Shown: positions 49,923-59,917 of the stretch, one piece after another
Layout of the letters: each line of letters opens with the position of its first letter
How positions within the stretch are numbered: position 1 is the stretch's first letter
Assembly (NCBI GenBank): GCA_041749535.1
Contig: JBGTBE010000042.1
Span: 70,702-134,701, forward strand
Source: Cryomorpha sp.
Lineage (GTDB): Bacteria > Bacteroidota > Bacteroidia > Flavobacteriales_D > Cryomorphaceae
Reading direction: 5' to 3'
Length of the DNA: 64,000 nt
Made by a program: the position numbers and the translations under genes
The notes under the pieces: generated by a model
Told to the model about the DNA's origin: nothing
Seen by the model: the letters and a program-made list of their open reading frames with translations, nothing else
The model's database searches: none

Positions 49923-50600
49923 TCACCTCAATTCGTTCACATCGCGAATCAAAATCTTACCCCGCTCGAAATAAATCTGGTCTTCTGCCCTGAGGTTGTT
50001 CAGCACTTCGCTGACGGTCTGACGCGATGTACCCGTTAACTTGGCAATATCAGCGTGGGTGAGCCTCGTTTTGATGAGGGTTTCGGTTCCGATTGGTTTG
50101 CCTTTGAAAGCAGCCGCATCTTTAAGGAATTCAATCACCCTTGTACGGGCGTCTCTGAAAGTGAGCAGCTCAATCTTCCGCTCAAGTCGAACCAGCCTAA
50201 GCCCTATCCATTTTATGATGCGAATGCTCATGTCGGATTCAGTGTGCATGAGGTGGTTCACCTCATCGATGTGTATCAGGCACAATGCGGTATCCGCATC
50301 CATGCTTTCTGCAAAATCATTTCGCATCTCCTGGTCTATGATTGAGAGCTCACCGAACACTTCTCCTTCTCCCAGTATGGACTTGGTAATTTCATCTCCA
50401 TTCTCCAGTTGGCGCCCTATACGTACCCTTCCTGAAAGTACAATATAAATATACCTGGCAGGGTCACTAGATAGATAGATCATTTCACCCGCTTTGAATT
50501 TTCGGGGTACCGTCAGCGCTTCACTCTCCTTCGACTTGAGCGGACAAAACCTGCCGAACAGATTGATGCCCTCCAGATACCACATGCTGTGCGTACTCAT
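49923..50600 (-). CDS. Crp/Fnr-family transcriptional regulator (cNMP-binding plus HTH, no Cys cluster)
   Basis: It has a beta-roll (GEVFGELSII), a C-terminal HTH (HADIAKLTGTSRQTVSEVL), and is 225 aa. Confidence 0.8.
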   Translation of the reverse strand: MSTHSMWYLEGINLFGRFCPLKSKESEALTVPRKFKAGEMIYLSSDPARYIYIVLSGRVRIGRQLENGDEITKSILGEGEVFGELSIIDQEMRNDFAESMDADTALCLIHIDEVNHLMHTESDMSIRIIKWIGLRLVRLERKIELLTFRDARTRVIEFLKDAAAFKGKPIGTETLIKTRLTHADIAKLTGTSRQTVSEVLNNLRAEDQIYFERGKILIRDVNELR

Positions 50601-50622
50601 ACCATCTCCTTTCCGAAACTAT

Positions 50623-52944
50623 TCATTCTTGCCCCCTTCTGCTTTTTTGCATTTCATTTTGCCTTGAGCTTGCCCTTCCATCTCTGCGGTCCTTATACAG
50701 TTGAATTCGCGTAGGCGCTGAATCTGCTCCAGCTGGCCAAGTGTTATTGCTCAAGTCCACATCTGCGATCTGCAAGTACGGGTCCATTACCACGCTTCTG
50801 ATGGGTTTATCGGTGATGAATACTTTTGTAACAGTAGCATCGCCCATTTTCCAAATCTCTGCTGGTATGTGGTGTATTTCGGTGCTCCCATCCTCATACG
50901 TAAATTCCAGGATCACTGGCATGGGCAACCCACCTACATTGGAGATACCCAACTCATAAAACTGCTTGTCGCCGTGTGTGGTATCAGCGGTGGTATCACC
51001 TGTACTTTCTATCTCTTTCGCGACATCTTGCTCATCTGTTTGGGTTACCTTTTTCGCATCGTAAGTGCTGTAAAAATCACGAAGCGTTGTGTCTGCTTCT
51101 AAAAGTGTTATGGCAATACTTTTCTCATTTCTAATCTTGGTAATGCTGGGGTGCTCACGGGCATCGTTTTCTGTGGCTTCCATCCTACTGCTCCCGGCTA
51201 CCGGAGTGCTCATCTGTGCCCATTTCACGTAATCGAGCGATAGGTCTACTTTCTGGGTTGAGTAAAACCAACCCCGCCAAAACCAGTCAAGGTCCACACC
51301 GCTGGCATCTTCCATAGTTCTGAAAAAATCGGCAGGCTCTGGGTGCTTAAATTTCCACCTGTTCGCATAGGTTTTGAAGGCGAAGTCAAAAAGCTCTCGA
51401 CCCATCACCGTTTCCCGAAGAATGTTGAGGGCTGTTGTTGGTTTCGAATAGGCGTTGCTACCCAGCTGATGTATGCTTTCGCTGTTGGTCATGATGGGTT
51501 CTAGCTTTGCCGGATCGCCCGTCATGTAGTCCACAATATTGCGCGGCTCCCCACGCCTGCTGGGATAGTCACGCTCAAACTCCTGCTCAGTGAGGTACTG
51601 GACAAAGGTGTTGAGCCCTTCGTCCATCCAGGTCCACTGACGCTCATCGCTGTTTACAATCATGGGGAAATAGTTGTGGCCTACCTCGTGCATAATGACG
51701 CCTATCATGCCATATTTTGTGCGTTTGGAGTAGGTGCCATCAGGCTCGCAGCGCCCCCCGTTGAAGCAAATCATGGGATACTCCATCCCTATATTACTCG
51801 TATTTACAGAAATGGCTGCCGGATAGGGATAATCAAAGGTATACTTGCTGTACACCCTCAATGTGTGGGCCACCACTTTCGTGGAATATTGTTCCCAGAG
51901 AGGATTGCCCTCTTTGGGGTAGTAACTCATGGCCATCACGGTGCGGTCGCCGAATTTTACGCCCATGGCATCCCAGATAAGTTTTCGGGAAGTGGCAAAG
52001 GCGAAGTCGCGCACATTGTTGGCTTTGAAGTGCCAGGTCTTTGTGGATGTAGCGCGGCCCTTCTCCAAATCTTCCGCTTCCTGCTGCGTGCGTATTATCA
52101 CTGGTTTATCGGCGGTACGGGCTTTGTTATAGCGCTCTATCTCCTTATCGGAAAGCACTTCTCTGGGGTTCTGCAGCTCGCCTGTGGCGCCGAGCATATG
52201 GTCGGCGGGCACTGTGATGCGCACATCGTAGTTGCCAAAAGGCAGGGTGAACTCCCCGGAACCAAGAAACTGCTTGTGCTTCCATCCCTGATCATCGCTG
52301 TACACCGCCATGCGTGGGTAGAACTGAGCAATGGTGTACAGGGCATTATTCTCCTTCTCGAAAAACTCGTACCCTGAACGTCCTCCCATGAGCCCCCTGT
52401 TGTTGATCAGGTAATGCCATTTAATGCGGAAGGTATAGGCGCTGTTGGGAACCAGGGGCTTCGGCAGGTCTATGCGCATCATGGTCTTCACCACGGTATG
52501 CGGGAGGTCATTGCCTTTATTATCTTGTACCATCTCCAACTTAAAACCCCCATCAAACCAGGGTGTCAAGCGGTCCATTTGTCTCTGAGAAATACTGTCC
52601 CCCAGGGTGCTCTGACTTATCTTGAAAGTATCGCTGTCCTTGGCCCGCATATTCTGGTCGAGTTGCAGCCATATATAGGTGAGCACATCGGGTGAATTGT
52701 TGAAGTAAGTCACAGTCTCCTCCCCATATACGGTGTGGTTGTCCTCATCGAGACGAATGGAAATGTTATAGTCGGCCTGCTGCTGCCAGTACTGAGGACC
52801 CGGAGCGCCGGAAGCGGTGCGGTACACATTTGGGGTGGGCAGCTCCGTGTGCATCTGCGCGAATTTGTTTTTGCCTTCCTCGGTCTGCGCAGCAGCAGAA
52901 ATAGCAACTGAGCCCACAACTAAAGAGAAAATGTATTTTTTCAT
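50623..52944 (-). CDS. M1-family zinc metallopeptidase (aminopeptidase N-like), secreted
   Basis: It has a signal peptide, the HEVGHNYF...E zinc motif (HExxH-x18-E), and a GxMEN-like block (NIGMEYPM). Confidence 0.85.
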   Translation of the reverse strand: MKKYIFSLVVGSVAISAAAQTEEGKNKFAQMHTELPTPNVYRTASGAPGPQYWQQQADYNISIRLDEDNHTVYGEETVTYFNNSPDVLTYIWLQLDQNMRAKDSDTFKISQSTLGDSISQRQMDRLTPWFDGGFKLEMVQDNKGNDLPHTVVKTMMRIDLPKPLVPNSAYTFRIKWHYLINNRGLMGGRSGYEFFEKENNALYTIAQFYPRMAVYSDDQGWKHKQFLGSGEFTLPFGNYDVRITVPADHMLGATGELQNPREVLSDKEIERYNKARTADKPVIIRTQQEAEDLEKGRATSTKTWHFKANNVRDFAFATSRKLIWDAMGVKFGDRTVMAMSYYPKEGNPLWEQYSTKVVAHTLRVYSKYTFDYPYPAAISVNTSNIGMEYPMICFNGGRCEPDGTYSKRTKYGMIGVIMHEVGHNYFPMIVNSDERQWTWMDEGLNTFVQYLTEQEFERDYPSRRGEPRNIVDYMTGDPAKLEPIMTNSESIHQLGSNAYSKPTTALNILRETVMGRELFDFAFKTYANRWKFKHPEPADFFRTMEDASGVDLDWFWRGWFYSTQKVDLSLDYVKWAQMSTPVAGSSRMEATENDAREHPSITKIRNEKSIAITLLEADTTLRDFYSTYDAKKVTQTDEQDVAKEIESTGDTTADTTHGDKQFYELGISNVGGLPMPVILEFTYEDGSTEIHHIPAEIWKMGDATVTKVFITDKPIRSVVMDPYLQIADVDLSNNTWPAGADSAPTRIQLYKDRRDGRASSRQNEMQKSRRGQE

Positions 52945-53004
52945 AGGTGTGTAAAGTTCGCAGTTTTTTGCAAACCATCTACGCCTTAGTGGTTCATAAA
53001 ACGC

Positions 53005-53625
53005 CTACTGCCAAAAAGCAGCATCCTTGAGCATCACCAGCGCTACACCCGCTGCAGCACCCGAAAGTACAAGAATCCAATCACGGTGTTTGAACCGAAA
53101 CAACTGAAAAGCGATGACCGAAACAAGCAAGATCACCACCACAATTCCGATCTGACCCACTTCGATGCCCAGGTTGAAGGCCAGCATGGGAACCAACACG
53201 CTCTCGCTGCCCGAAAGCAAAGTGAGCAGGTAGTTGCTAAAGCCCAACCCATGTACCAGCCCGAAAACCAACGCAAGCAGATAGGACCAAAACATACTGG
53301 AAGGCCGACGGGCCCTTATAAGGTTTGTAACCGCAGCGATGAATATGGTAACAGGGATCAAAAACTCCACCAGCGCAACATCTACCTTTACCACACCCGT
53401 TGCAGCGAGAATAAGTGAAAGGCTGTGTCCCACGGTGAAAGCGGTAACGAGGATAAGTATTTGCTTGAGGTCGGTAAGTTGGTACACTGCAATAAGTACC
53501 AGCAGGAAGAGCATATGGTCGTACGCGTCCACATCAGCAATATGACGGATGCCCAACTCGAAGTATGTAGAAAAAATATCCACTGATCTGATTTTTGTCA
53601 AAGTTGCTGCGCATTTGCCTTGCAT
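53005..53625 (-). CDS. HupE/UreJ-family metal (Ni/Co) transporter-like membrane protein
   Basis: It has about 6 TM helices and a His-rich N-terminal motif (GIRHIADVDAYDHML). The N-terminal boundary is uncertain. Confidence 0.65.
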   Translation of the reverse strand: MQGKCAATLTKIRSVDIFSTYFELGIRHIADVDAYDHMLFLLVLIAVYQLTDLKQILILVTAFTVGHSLSLILAATGVVKVDVALVEFLIPVTIFIAAVTNLIRARRPSSMFWSYLLALVFGLVHGLGFSNYLLTLLSGSESVLVPMLAFNLGIEVGQIGIVVVILLVSVIAFQLFRFKHRDWILVLSGAAAGVALVMLKDAAFWQ

Positions 53626-53760
53626 TCCCTCCTATTTAAAATAGTTTTTCACCACGTAGGGCTGAATAGTTCAGCATTTCCAGTTGTATGGGTTCCCCGG
53701 GGACCCGAAGTTGTGCAGCCCCATATTTGCAAAGCAGCTTAAGTGGGGTATTTTTGCAGT

Positions 53761-54264
53761 ATGAGCATGTGGTACCCTCTCTCCCTGGTGGCTTGCTTGC
53801 TACTCTTGCCTTCCGGCAAAAGGCATGATTTCTATGTAGGCCTTACCGAGGTGGTGTACAATTCATCGGCGAAAACCTACGAGGTAAGTATCAAATTATT
53901 CACGGACGATCTGGAACTGGCCATTGAGAAGGCCACAGGCAACAACCTGAAGCTCGGAACTGAGCAGGAACAAGAAAATGCCGATTCCCTGGTCTTCGCG
54001 TATGTTTCGAAACACTTCAACATTGGTAAAAGCCCAAGTTCGGCCACCACACTCACACCCGTGGGACGCGAAACCGAGCTTGACATTACCTGGATTTACC
54101 TGGAGTCGGCATCTACAAAACCATACACTTCACTAGTGATGATGAACGAACTGCTGATGGAAGTTTACCCATCGCAAACCCACGTGGTGCATGTGAAACA
54201 GGGTGGAAATGTAAGCACCGAGCTGATCCATAAGGACAAGCGCACTGCGGCTTTTAAATGGTGA
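53761..54264 (+). CDS. Hypothetical exported protein
   Basis: The ATG at 53761 gives MSMWYPLSLVACLLLLPSG, a signal-like N-terminus. The track ORF starts at the GTG at 53743. It has no recognisable domain. Confidence 0.45.
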   Translation: MSMWYPLSLVACLLLLPSGKRHDFYVGLTEVVYNSSAKTYEVSIKLFTDDLELAIEKATGNNLKLGTEQEQENADSLVFAYVSKHFNIGKSPSSATTLTPVGRETELDITWIYLESASTKPYTSLVMMNELLMEVYPSQTHVVHVKQGGNVSTELIHKDKRTAAFKW

Positions 54265-54281
54265 CAGACGATTGGAGTCTG

Positions 54282-54588
54282 TTACAATCCTTCCGTTTCC
54301 TTTAGCTCATCTTCAAGCTCCACCACCCTTTGCAAGGGTACATTATCAATGTTGATGGTGGACATAAAAGAGCTGAAAGCTATAATCGCGGCCAGCCTTC
54401 GCAAATCAGATGCCCAGCCGGGTACGTATTTGGCGGGTTTCAAGAAATTGTTCTTCAACGCCCGCCGGCCATGCAAGCGCTGTGAGTACCCTGATCTTTT
54501 TGGACGCTTCTACCAGCGCACCATCCATTTCTGCAATCTTTTCTTTTGTCATGTGGGGTTCTTGGGTAATCAAAGGTACATCTACCAC
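54282..54588 (-). pseudogene. Small gene apparently split by a frameshift (two overlapping minus-strand ORFs in different frames)
   Basis: ORF 54406..54588 (MTKEKIAEMDGALVEASKKIRVLTALAWPAGVEEQFLETRQIRT...) overlaps ORF 54282..54476 (...AIIAFSSFMSTINIDNVPLQRVVELEDELKETEGL) in another frame. Together they would encode about 105 aa. Confidence 0.3.
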
Positions 54589-54863
54589 TTGGGTTGCGGA
54601 TGTACAAGTCTAAAGGAGTTTCCGCTGTTTTCTACTACAGAAGTCAGTTCGGGATTCAGGATTTTTCAGAGGGATGTATCGAGAACATCAGTAAAACAGA
54701 AAGTTACTTCCCTACTCTTCTTCCCGAGATGCTCCATCCAGAAGTAGGAAGAACTTCTTCACCCAAACCTTGTTTTTCTGGCAGAATCCCGAAATTAGCC
54801 CCGTTGACCTGGCGACCTACACTATATAAAACTCAGCAGGCTGGCATAGCCAAAATACAACCC

Positions 54864-55538
54864 ATGACAAAAAAGGAAAAAGCCACCTGGGTATCCGAAG
54901 AACTCGAAAAGCTATACCCCGAAGTTCCCGTGCCATTGGACCACACTGATCCATACACCCTCCTCGTGGCAGTGCTACTCTCGGCACAATGCACCGATGT
55001 GCGGGTAAATCAGGTGACCCCTGCCCTTTTTAGAAAAGCATCCACACCTGCTGATATGGTGAAGCTCAGCGTAGAAGAAATAAAAGATATCATCAGGCCC
55101 TGTGGCCTCTCCCCCGCCAAAAGCAAGGCCATACACTCCCTTTCGGGCATGTTGCTGCGCGACCACAGTGGCAATGTGCCACAAAGCTGGGAGTATTTAG
55201 AATCCCTGCCCGGCGTGGGCCACAAAACAGCTTCTGTAGTGATGTCACAGGCGTTTGGCGTGCCCGCATTTCCGGTTGATACCCACATACACCGGCTTAT
55301 GCACCGCTGGGGACTCACCACGGGAAAAAATGTAGAGAAAACCGAAGCCGATGCGAAGCGGTTGTTTCCCGAAAGGCTTTGGAACAAGCTGCACCTTCAA
55401 ATCATTTTCTACGGGCGCGAATACTCACCTGCCCGTGGCCTCGATTTGCGCAAGGACTTTATAACACGCCTCATTGGCCGAAAGGCAATTGTGGATGAAT
55501 GGATGCGCAAGAACCCCGAAAAATTGCAGGACTTGTGA
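54864..55538 (+). CDS. nth: Endonuclease III (HhH-GPD base-excision glycosylase)
   Basis: The start is taken at MTKKEKATW, and the track ORF begins at 54594. It has LLVAVLLSAQCTDVRVN, the HhH motif LPGVGHKTASVV, and the catalytic Lys and Asp context. Confidence 0.85.
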   Translation: MTKKEKATWVSEELEKLYPEVPVPLDHTDPYTLLVAVLLSAQCTDVRVNQVTPALFRKASTPADMVKLSVEEIKDIIRPCGLSPAKSKAIHSLSGMLLRDHSGNVPQSWEYLESLPGVGHKTASVVMSQAFGVPAFPVDTHIHRLMHRWGLTTGKNVEKTEADAKRLFPERLWNKLHLQIIFYGREYSPARGLDLRKDFITRLIGRKAIVDEWMRKNPEKLQDL

Positions 55539-56812
55539 CCCGAAATGGAGGGCTCACTGAGGGCGATGTAATTGACGAGCAGGCGCTTCCCCCGCTTACA
55601 AGTCCGCACCCCTCTGCCCTGCTGCACTTTTCCATAGGCAAGGGGGCTGAGCGCTTTGCGTACTGGGGTGCACGAACCATGCTCATCTACTACCTGATGG
55701 AGCGTTACGGTGACGGGGCACTGATTGAAAGCTTCAGCACGTACAACTGGCTCTTATTTGCATTTGTCTTCGCGCCTGTTTTGGGCGGGCTGCTCACCGA
55801 CCTGCTGGTGAATACCCGCAATGCTATTGTTTGGGGAGGGCTTTCACTTGCGGTGGGGTACTTTGTGCTGGGCTTCGGCACTTGGTACACCGACCTCGCA
55901 GGAGGTTGTTTAATACTTGGCGGAGCGGCTTTTTACAATCCTGCCTCCTACACCGCACTGGGGCGTTATTACCGTGGCAGGCAGCAGTTCCTGCTGGCCG
56001 GCATGCACGTATATACCGCTGCGATGTATGCAGGCATGTTGCTCAGCACCATACTGTTTGGTGTTCTTTTGCAATATGTGGGGTGGAGACAGGGCTTAAT
56101 GCTCTGTGGCATTGTGATGATTTTGGGGCACATTTATCTCCTGGTCATCAGCCGGGTTTTTACTGAGCCCTACCTTCCGGAGATGTCTTATACCGGGAAG
56201 AAGCATACAGGGATAGCGTGGCTGCCCTTGCTCGCAATTGCCACCTATGCCCTCTTCTACATGATCCGCGAATTGAGGTTCGACAAGTTTGCTGGCGTGG
56301 AGCTAGAAGCAGGCTTCAGTGACAATTTGCTTAACTTCTGGTTTCAGTACTATGAGAAAATGCTCATCCTGCTGTTGTTGCTTGCCGGGGCATGGATGCT
56401 CACCCGCGATCATGGAAATGCCGCGATGCGCATAGGTGTGGGCGCAATCCTTGGCATACTTATTTTGGTGCCGGGGATAGAGGCTGCAGGCTTTGCAGGT
56501 ATGGGTTCTGGCACTGCCTTGTCTATAATTTCCGTGCTTTCGGTAAGTGCAGGTTTTGCTGCCGCGGAAATACTACTGGTGCCCGCTATATTTAGTATTG
56601 TGCTCAGACACGGCACCTCCTATCCCAACACTTGGATAGGCCTGATAACCCTGGTAGGTCACCTTCCTGTGGTGTTCGTGTTAATGATAGAAGGGCATGC
56701 CGGGCTGGAGGGAACGGCTATTGTACTGTCTACCATCGCACTTGCCACTGCCGGACTTTGGTTTATCAAAAACAAGAAAATCGCAAAAGACACTGAAGAA
56801 AATCCAGCTTGA
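55499..56812 (+). CDS. POT/PTR2-family peptide:H+ symporter (MFS)
   Basis: It has the PTR2 signature GAERFAYWGARTMLIYYL and 12 predicted TM helices. The annotated start overlaps the nth end by 40 nt, so the true start is uncertain. Confidence 0.65.
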   Translation: MDAQEPRKIAGLVTRNGGLTEGDVIDEQALPPLTSPHPSALLHFSIGKGAERFAYWGARTMLIYYLMERYGDGALIESFSTYNWLLFAFVFAPVLGGLLTDLLVNTRNAIVWGGLSLAVGYFVLGFGTWYTDLAGGCLILGGAAFYNPASYTALGRYYRGRQQFLLAGMHVYTAAMYAGMLLSTILFGVLLQYVGWRQGLMLCGIVMILGHIYLLVISRVFTEPYLPEMSYTGKKHTGIAWLPLLAIATYALFYMIRELRFDKFAGVELEAGFSDNLLNFWFQYYEKMLILLLLLAGAWMLTRDHGNAAMRIGVGAILGILILVPGIEAAGFAGMGSGTALSIISVLSVSAGFAAAEILLVPAIFSIVLRHGTSYPNTWIGLITLVGHLPVVFVLMIEGHAGLEGTAIVLSTIALATAGLWFIKNKKIAKDTEENPA

Positions 56813-56833
56813 GAAACGGGTGATAAAGGAAGA

Positions 56834-57892
56834 TTACCCCTTCACCTTGTTGAATTTAAAACAACTCAACAGCCAGTTGGGAAGTGGCTTTCCAGGTTTT
56901 CGGTTCTTCAAATTGATGTACCAACCCCACTTCTCCACGATTGGCAATCGGTGTGTTTCCACAAATTCTATAAGCGTACCGTCGGGGTCTTCCACATAGC
57001 TAAAACGGCCGGCAGCCTTGCCCATATCAAATGAGTCGGCACTGTCTACCGTAAATGGGTAGTTTAGTTTCTGTCCTTTTTCCTTGAGGCTGCCCATGCC
57101 CACCACATCAAAGCAGAGGTGTATAAAGCCCAGGTCGCCCCAGTACCGCCCTTCGAATATCTTGCGGCCTGTGCCCTCAGTCCACTGCAGGAGTTCTATC
57201 TGACTCTCACCGAGGAGGGGGGTGAAAGGGCCTGTATCCTGAGATGATTGGGTGAGGATTACCCTGCGCATTTTTCGGTTGCTGCCGGGCATGCCGTTAA
57301 GGTCGGGTTGTATGCCCGTGGTATCGCTGAGTATGCTGTCGAAGCCGAGCATGTCCCGGTAAAAGGCCAGACTCTTTTCCATATTGCTCACTCCAATGAT
57401 GGCGCCATAAGCTCCACCGGTGGGCCTGCCATCAATCTTAAACCAATTGGCCGACTCTACAATGTCGAACCAGTTGCCGCTGTTGTCGGTTACCACAAAA
57501 TGGTTTTGATTAGCGCTGTTTCGTGAAAGTGCAGTGATGATGTGTACCCCCTGCTCCTTAAATTTTTCGAATGCCTTGGCGGCGTTTGGCGTTTTCATCT
57601 TCACGGCCACCATACCTATATCACCAAGTTCTAATTCGAAGGGAGCCCTCACGGGTGTGCGGCTCTCATACTGCCAAATCTCAAATCCGCCACCACCTTG
57701 CATGTTCATGGCCAGGGCTGCATTGCGCTTGTGCACTTGCCCGCCCGTATAGGCCGTCATCAAGGGTGCTTCGGCAGCATCTTCAAAGATGCGGATGTCC
57801 ATTCCAAATACCTTGCGGTACCATTGCCAGTCCCGGTGCAAGTTGTTGGTCCCTACGCCCACTTGTTGTATTCCGCATATATGGGTTTTCAT
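56834..57892 (-). CDS. Tandem VOC (glyoxalase/bleomycin-resistance/dioxygenase) family protein
   Basis: It has two betaalphabetabetabeta modules (GIQQVGVGTNNLHRDWQWYRKVFG and EKSLAFYRDMLGF) and is 352 aa. Confidence 0.65.
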   Translation of the reverse strand: MKTHICGIQQVGVGTNNLHRDWQWYRKVFGMDIRIFEDAAEAPLMTAYTGGQVHKRNAALAMNMQGGGGFEIWQYESRTPVRAPFELELGDIGMVAVKMKTPNAAKAFEKFKEQGVHIITALSRNSANQNHFVVTDNSGNWFDIVESANWFKIDGRPTGGAYGAIIGVSNMEKSLAFYRDMLGFDSILSDTTGIQPDLNGMPGSNRKMRRVILTQSSQDTGPFTPLLGESQIELLQWTEGTGRKIFEGRYWGDLGFIHLCFDVVGMGSLKEKGQKLNYPFTVDSADSFDMGKAAGRFSYVEDPDGTLIEFVETHRLPIVEKWGWYINLKNRKPGKPLPNWLLSCFKFNKVKG

Positions 57893-57908
57893 AATGGATT
57901 GTATCTGC

Positions 57909-58718
57909 TTATTTTACCGCCCCACGGGGGTTTTGCTTTTTGATCATGTTGAAAAACAAACCGGGTGCCCAGGCTTTTAGTTTTACCGAAAGGCGCTCCT
58001 TGAAACCACCTACCACCACTTCTTTTTTGTACTGCTCTATGGCGCTTATCATGGCGGCTGCAGCCTCATCCACAGGCATTCCTTTCAGCTGCATCTCATC
58101 CATCACTCCAGTGGCATTTCCTTTTCCGTCAAGCGCAGTAAGCGATAGATTCGTTTGTACCGGCCCGGGACAAATCATGGTCACTTTAATGCCCCTATCG
58201 GCGAGTTCTATGTGCAGCGATTCGAAGAAACCGTGCAGGGCGTGTTTGCTGGCTGCATAGCTGGAGCGCACCCCGAAACCGTATTTCCCGACAAGGCTGG
58301 TAACCACTGCAAAATGCCCCCCACCCTGCGCGAGCATGCGGGGCAGTATGGCTTTGGTGAGCGCCACTGTACCAAAAAAGTTTATCTCCATGATGCGCCG
58401 GTCTACACTTATGGCTGTATCTACCACATAAGAACGCTGTGACACGCCCCCATTGTGAAACATAAGGTCTACCCTGCCCCACTTGGCGTACGCGGTTTCT
58501 ACTGCTTCGGCAAATGTTGTTGAATCTTCAAGGTCTAAGGGAACACATATGGCATGGTCTGGGTTGGAGAGTGAAAGGCGCACCTTCTCGAGATCGGCGA
58601 GCCTGCGCGAGGATAGCACCAACTTGCAGCCCTGCGCATTGAGTTGGCGTGCCACTTCCAGCCCAATTCCTGAACTGGCTCCTGTGACCCATGCCACCCT
58701 ATTGTTTAGGCTCCCCAT
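57909..58718 (-). CDS. SDR-family oxidoreductase. The start is taken at MGSLNN.
   Basis: It has TGASSGIG cofactor-binding, the catalytic YAASK, and NGG. The upstream part of the track ORF is rejected. Confidence 0.8.
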   Translation of the reverse strand: MGSLNNRVAWVTGASSGIGLEVARQLNAQGCKLVLSSRRLADLEKVRLSLSNPDHAICVPLDLEDSTTFAEAVETAYAKWGRVDLMFHNGGVSQRSYVVDTAISVDRRIMEINFFGTVALTKAILPRMLAQGGGHFAVVTSLVGKYGFGVRSSYAASKHALHGFFESLHIELADRGIKVTMICPGPVQTNLSLTALDGKGNATGVMDEMQLKGMPVDEAAAAMISAIEQYKKEVVVGGFKERLSVKLKAWAPGLFFNMIKKQNPRGAVK

Positions 58719-58894
58719 ACAGAGGCCGAAGATAAGGGTTTGGGCGAAATGAGGGCACAGCACACAAGGTTCTCCAACACAGATTTTAAACAAGGGAGCT
58801 TCTCGTTTTACATGGCTGAGATTAAGGACTGTGAAAGTTCGACGAAACACATGAAAATAGCTACATTCGCCCAAAGCACTAAATATATACAGTA

Positions 58895-59479
58895 ATGATG
58901 CTACTTGATATACAAACATGGTGGGCAGGTAAAGAACTCTTTGAGCAGGTGTTCTGGGTATTTGCCATTCCCTTTTCCGCGGTATTGCTCGTGCTGCTTA
59001 TCACCACCTTCACGGGAATGGATGGAGGCCTGGATGCCGATATTGACGCTGAGGTGGACGCAGATTCCGGGGCCGGGTTCCAGTTCTTCACCGTAAAAAA
59101 CCTCATAGGATTCTTCACCATATTCGGGTGGGTGGGCATAGGTTGTCACCAAATGGGAATGGGCCATGGCAGCACCATCGGCATCGCCATTGTGAGCGGT
59201 CTCCTCATGATGGTTACCATGGCTTCCCTCTTCTACTTTATGAGCAAGTTGGTAGAGGATGGCACCTTTCAGGTAAAGGAAGCGATAGGAAAAGTAGGAG
59301 AAATATACCTGACTGTACCCGGTGCTGCCAGAGGATTTGGCAAGGTGCAGTTTACTGTAAAAGGAGGCGTAAGGGAAATGCAAGCCATGACAAACGATAC
59401 TGAAAGCCTTCCTACCGGCACACTTGTTACGATCACAGGAATTGTTGACGGCAGTATATTACTGGTTACGAAGAGGTAG
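58895..59479 (+). CDS. NfeD-like membrane protein (OB-fold C-terminal partner of SPFH/flotillin)
   Basis: It has N-terminal TM helices, a C-terminal beta-rich OB-like segment (GKVQFTVKGGVREMQAMTND...LVTITGIVDGSILLV), and a flotillin gene downstream. Confidence 0.6.
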   Translation: MMLLDIQTWWAGKELFEQVFWVFAIPFSAVLLVLLITTFTGMDGGLDADIDAEVDADSGAGFQFFTVKNLIGFFTIFGWVGIGCHQMGMGHGSTIGIAIVSGLLMMVTMASLFYFMSKLVEDGTFQVKEAIGKVGEIYLTVPGAARGFGKVQFTVKGGVREMQAMTNDTESLPTGTLVTITGIVDGSILLVTKR

Positions 59480-59917
59480 TGAGTTGTGGGTATAAGTCGG
59501 GCAATTCAAGAACTGAAAGCGGAATTTTATGGGACATCCTGAAATGAGCAATTCGTAAATGAAATTGCGCTATAAGGAACTGAGCAGGCTCCTAAGAACT
59601 TAGAGAAGGGCTCTTCAGCCTTAGATGCACAGGTTTTCGCAGGCTTAAAGAAAATCCCAAATTAAAATATTTTATTCCAAGTAGTTAGATAAATTTTTTA
59701 GTTACAAAATGGTGGGCTATTTATTTAAAAGGTAATAAAATGTAACTTGTCCCACTCAACCATAAATAGCCACAAGACCATCCCCTGATACTAAAAAAAC
59801 GAAATCCACAATATCAACTGACCATCACCCAAGAACCAAAACCAATCACTTTTCACCAAAGACCCTAGTCTCTAGTCACAATACCCACCACTCACTACTC
59901 AATACCAACAAAAAGAA

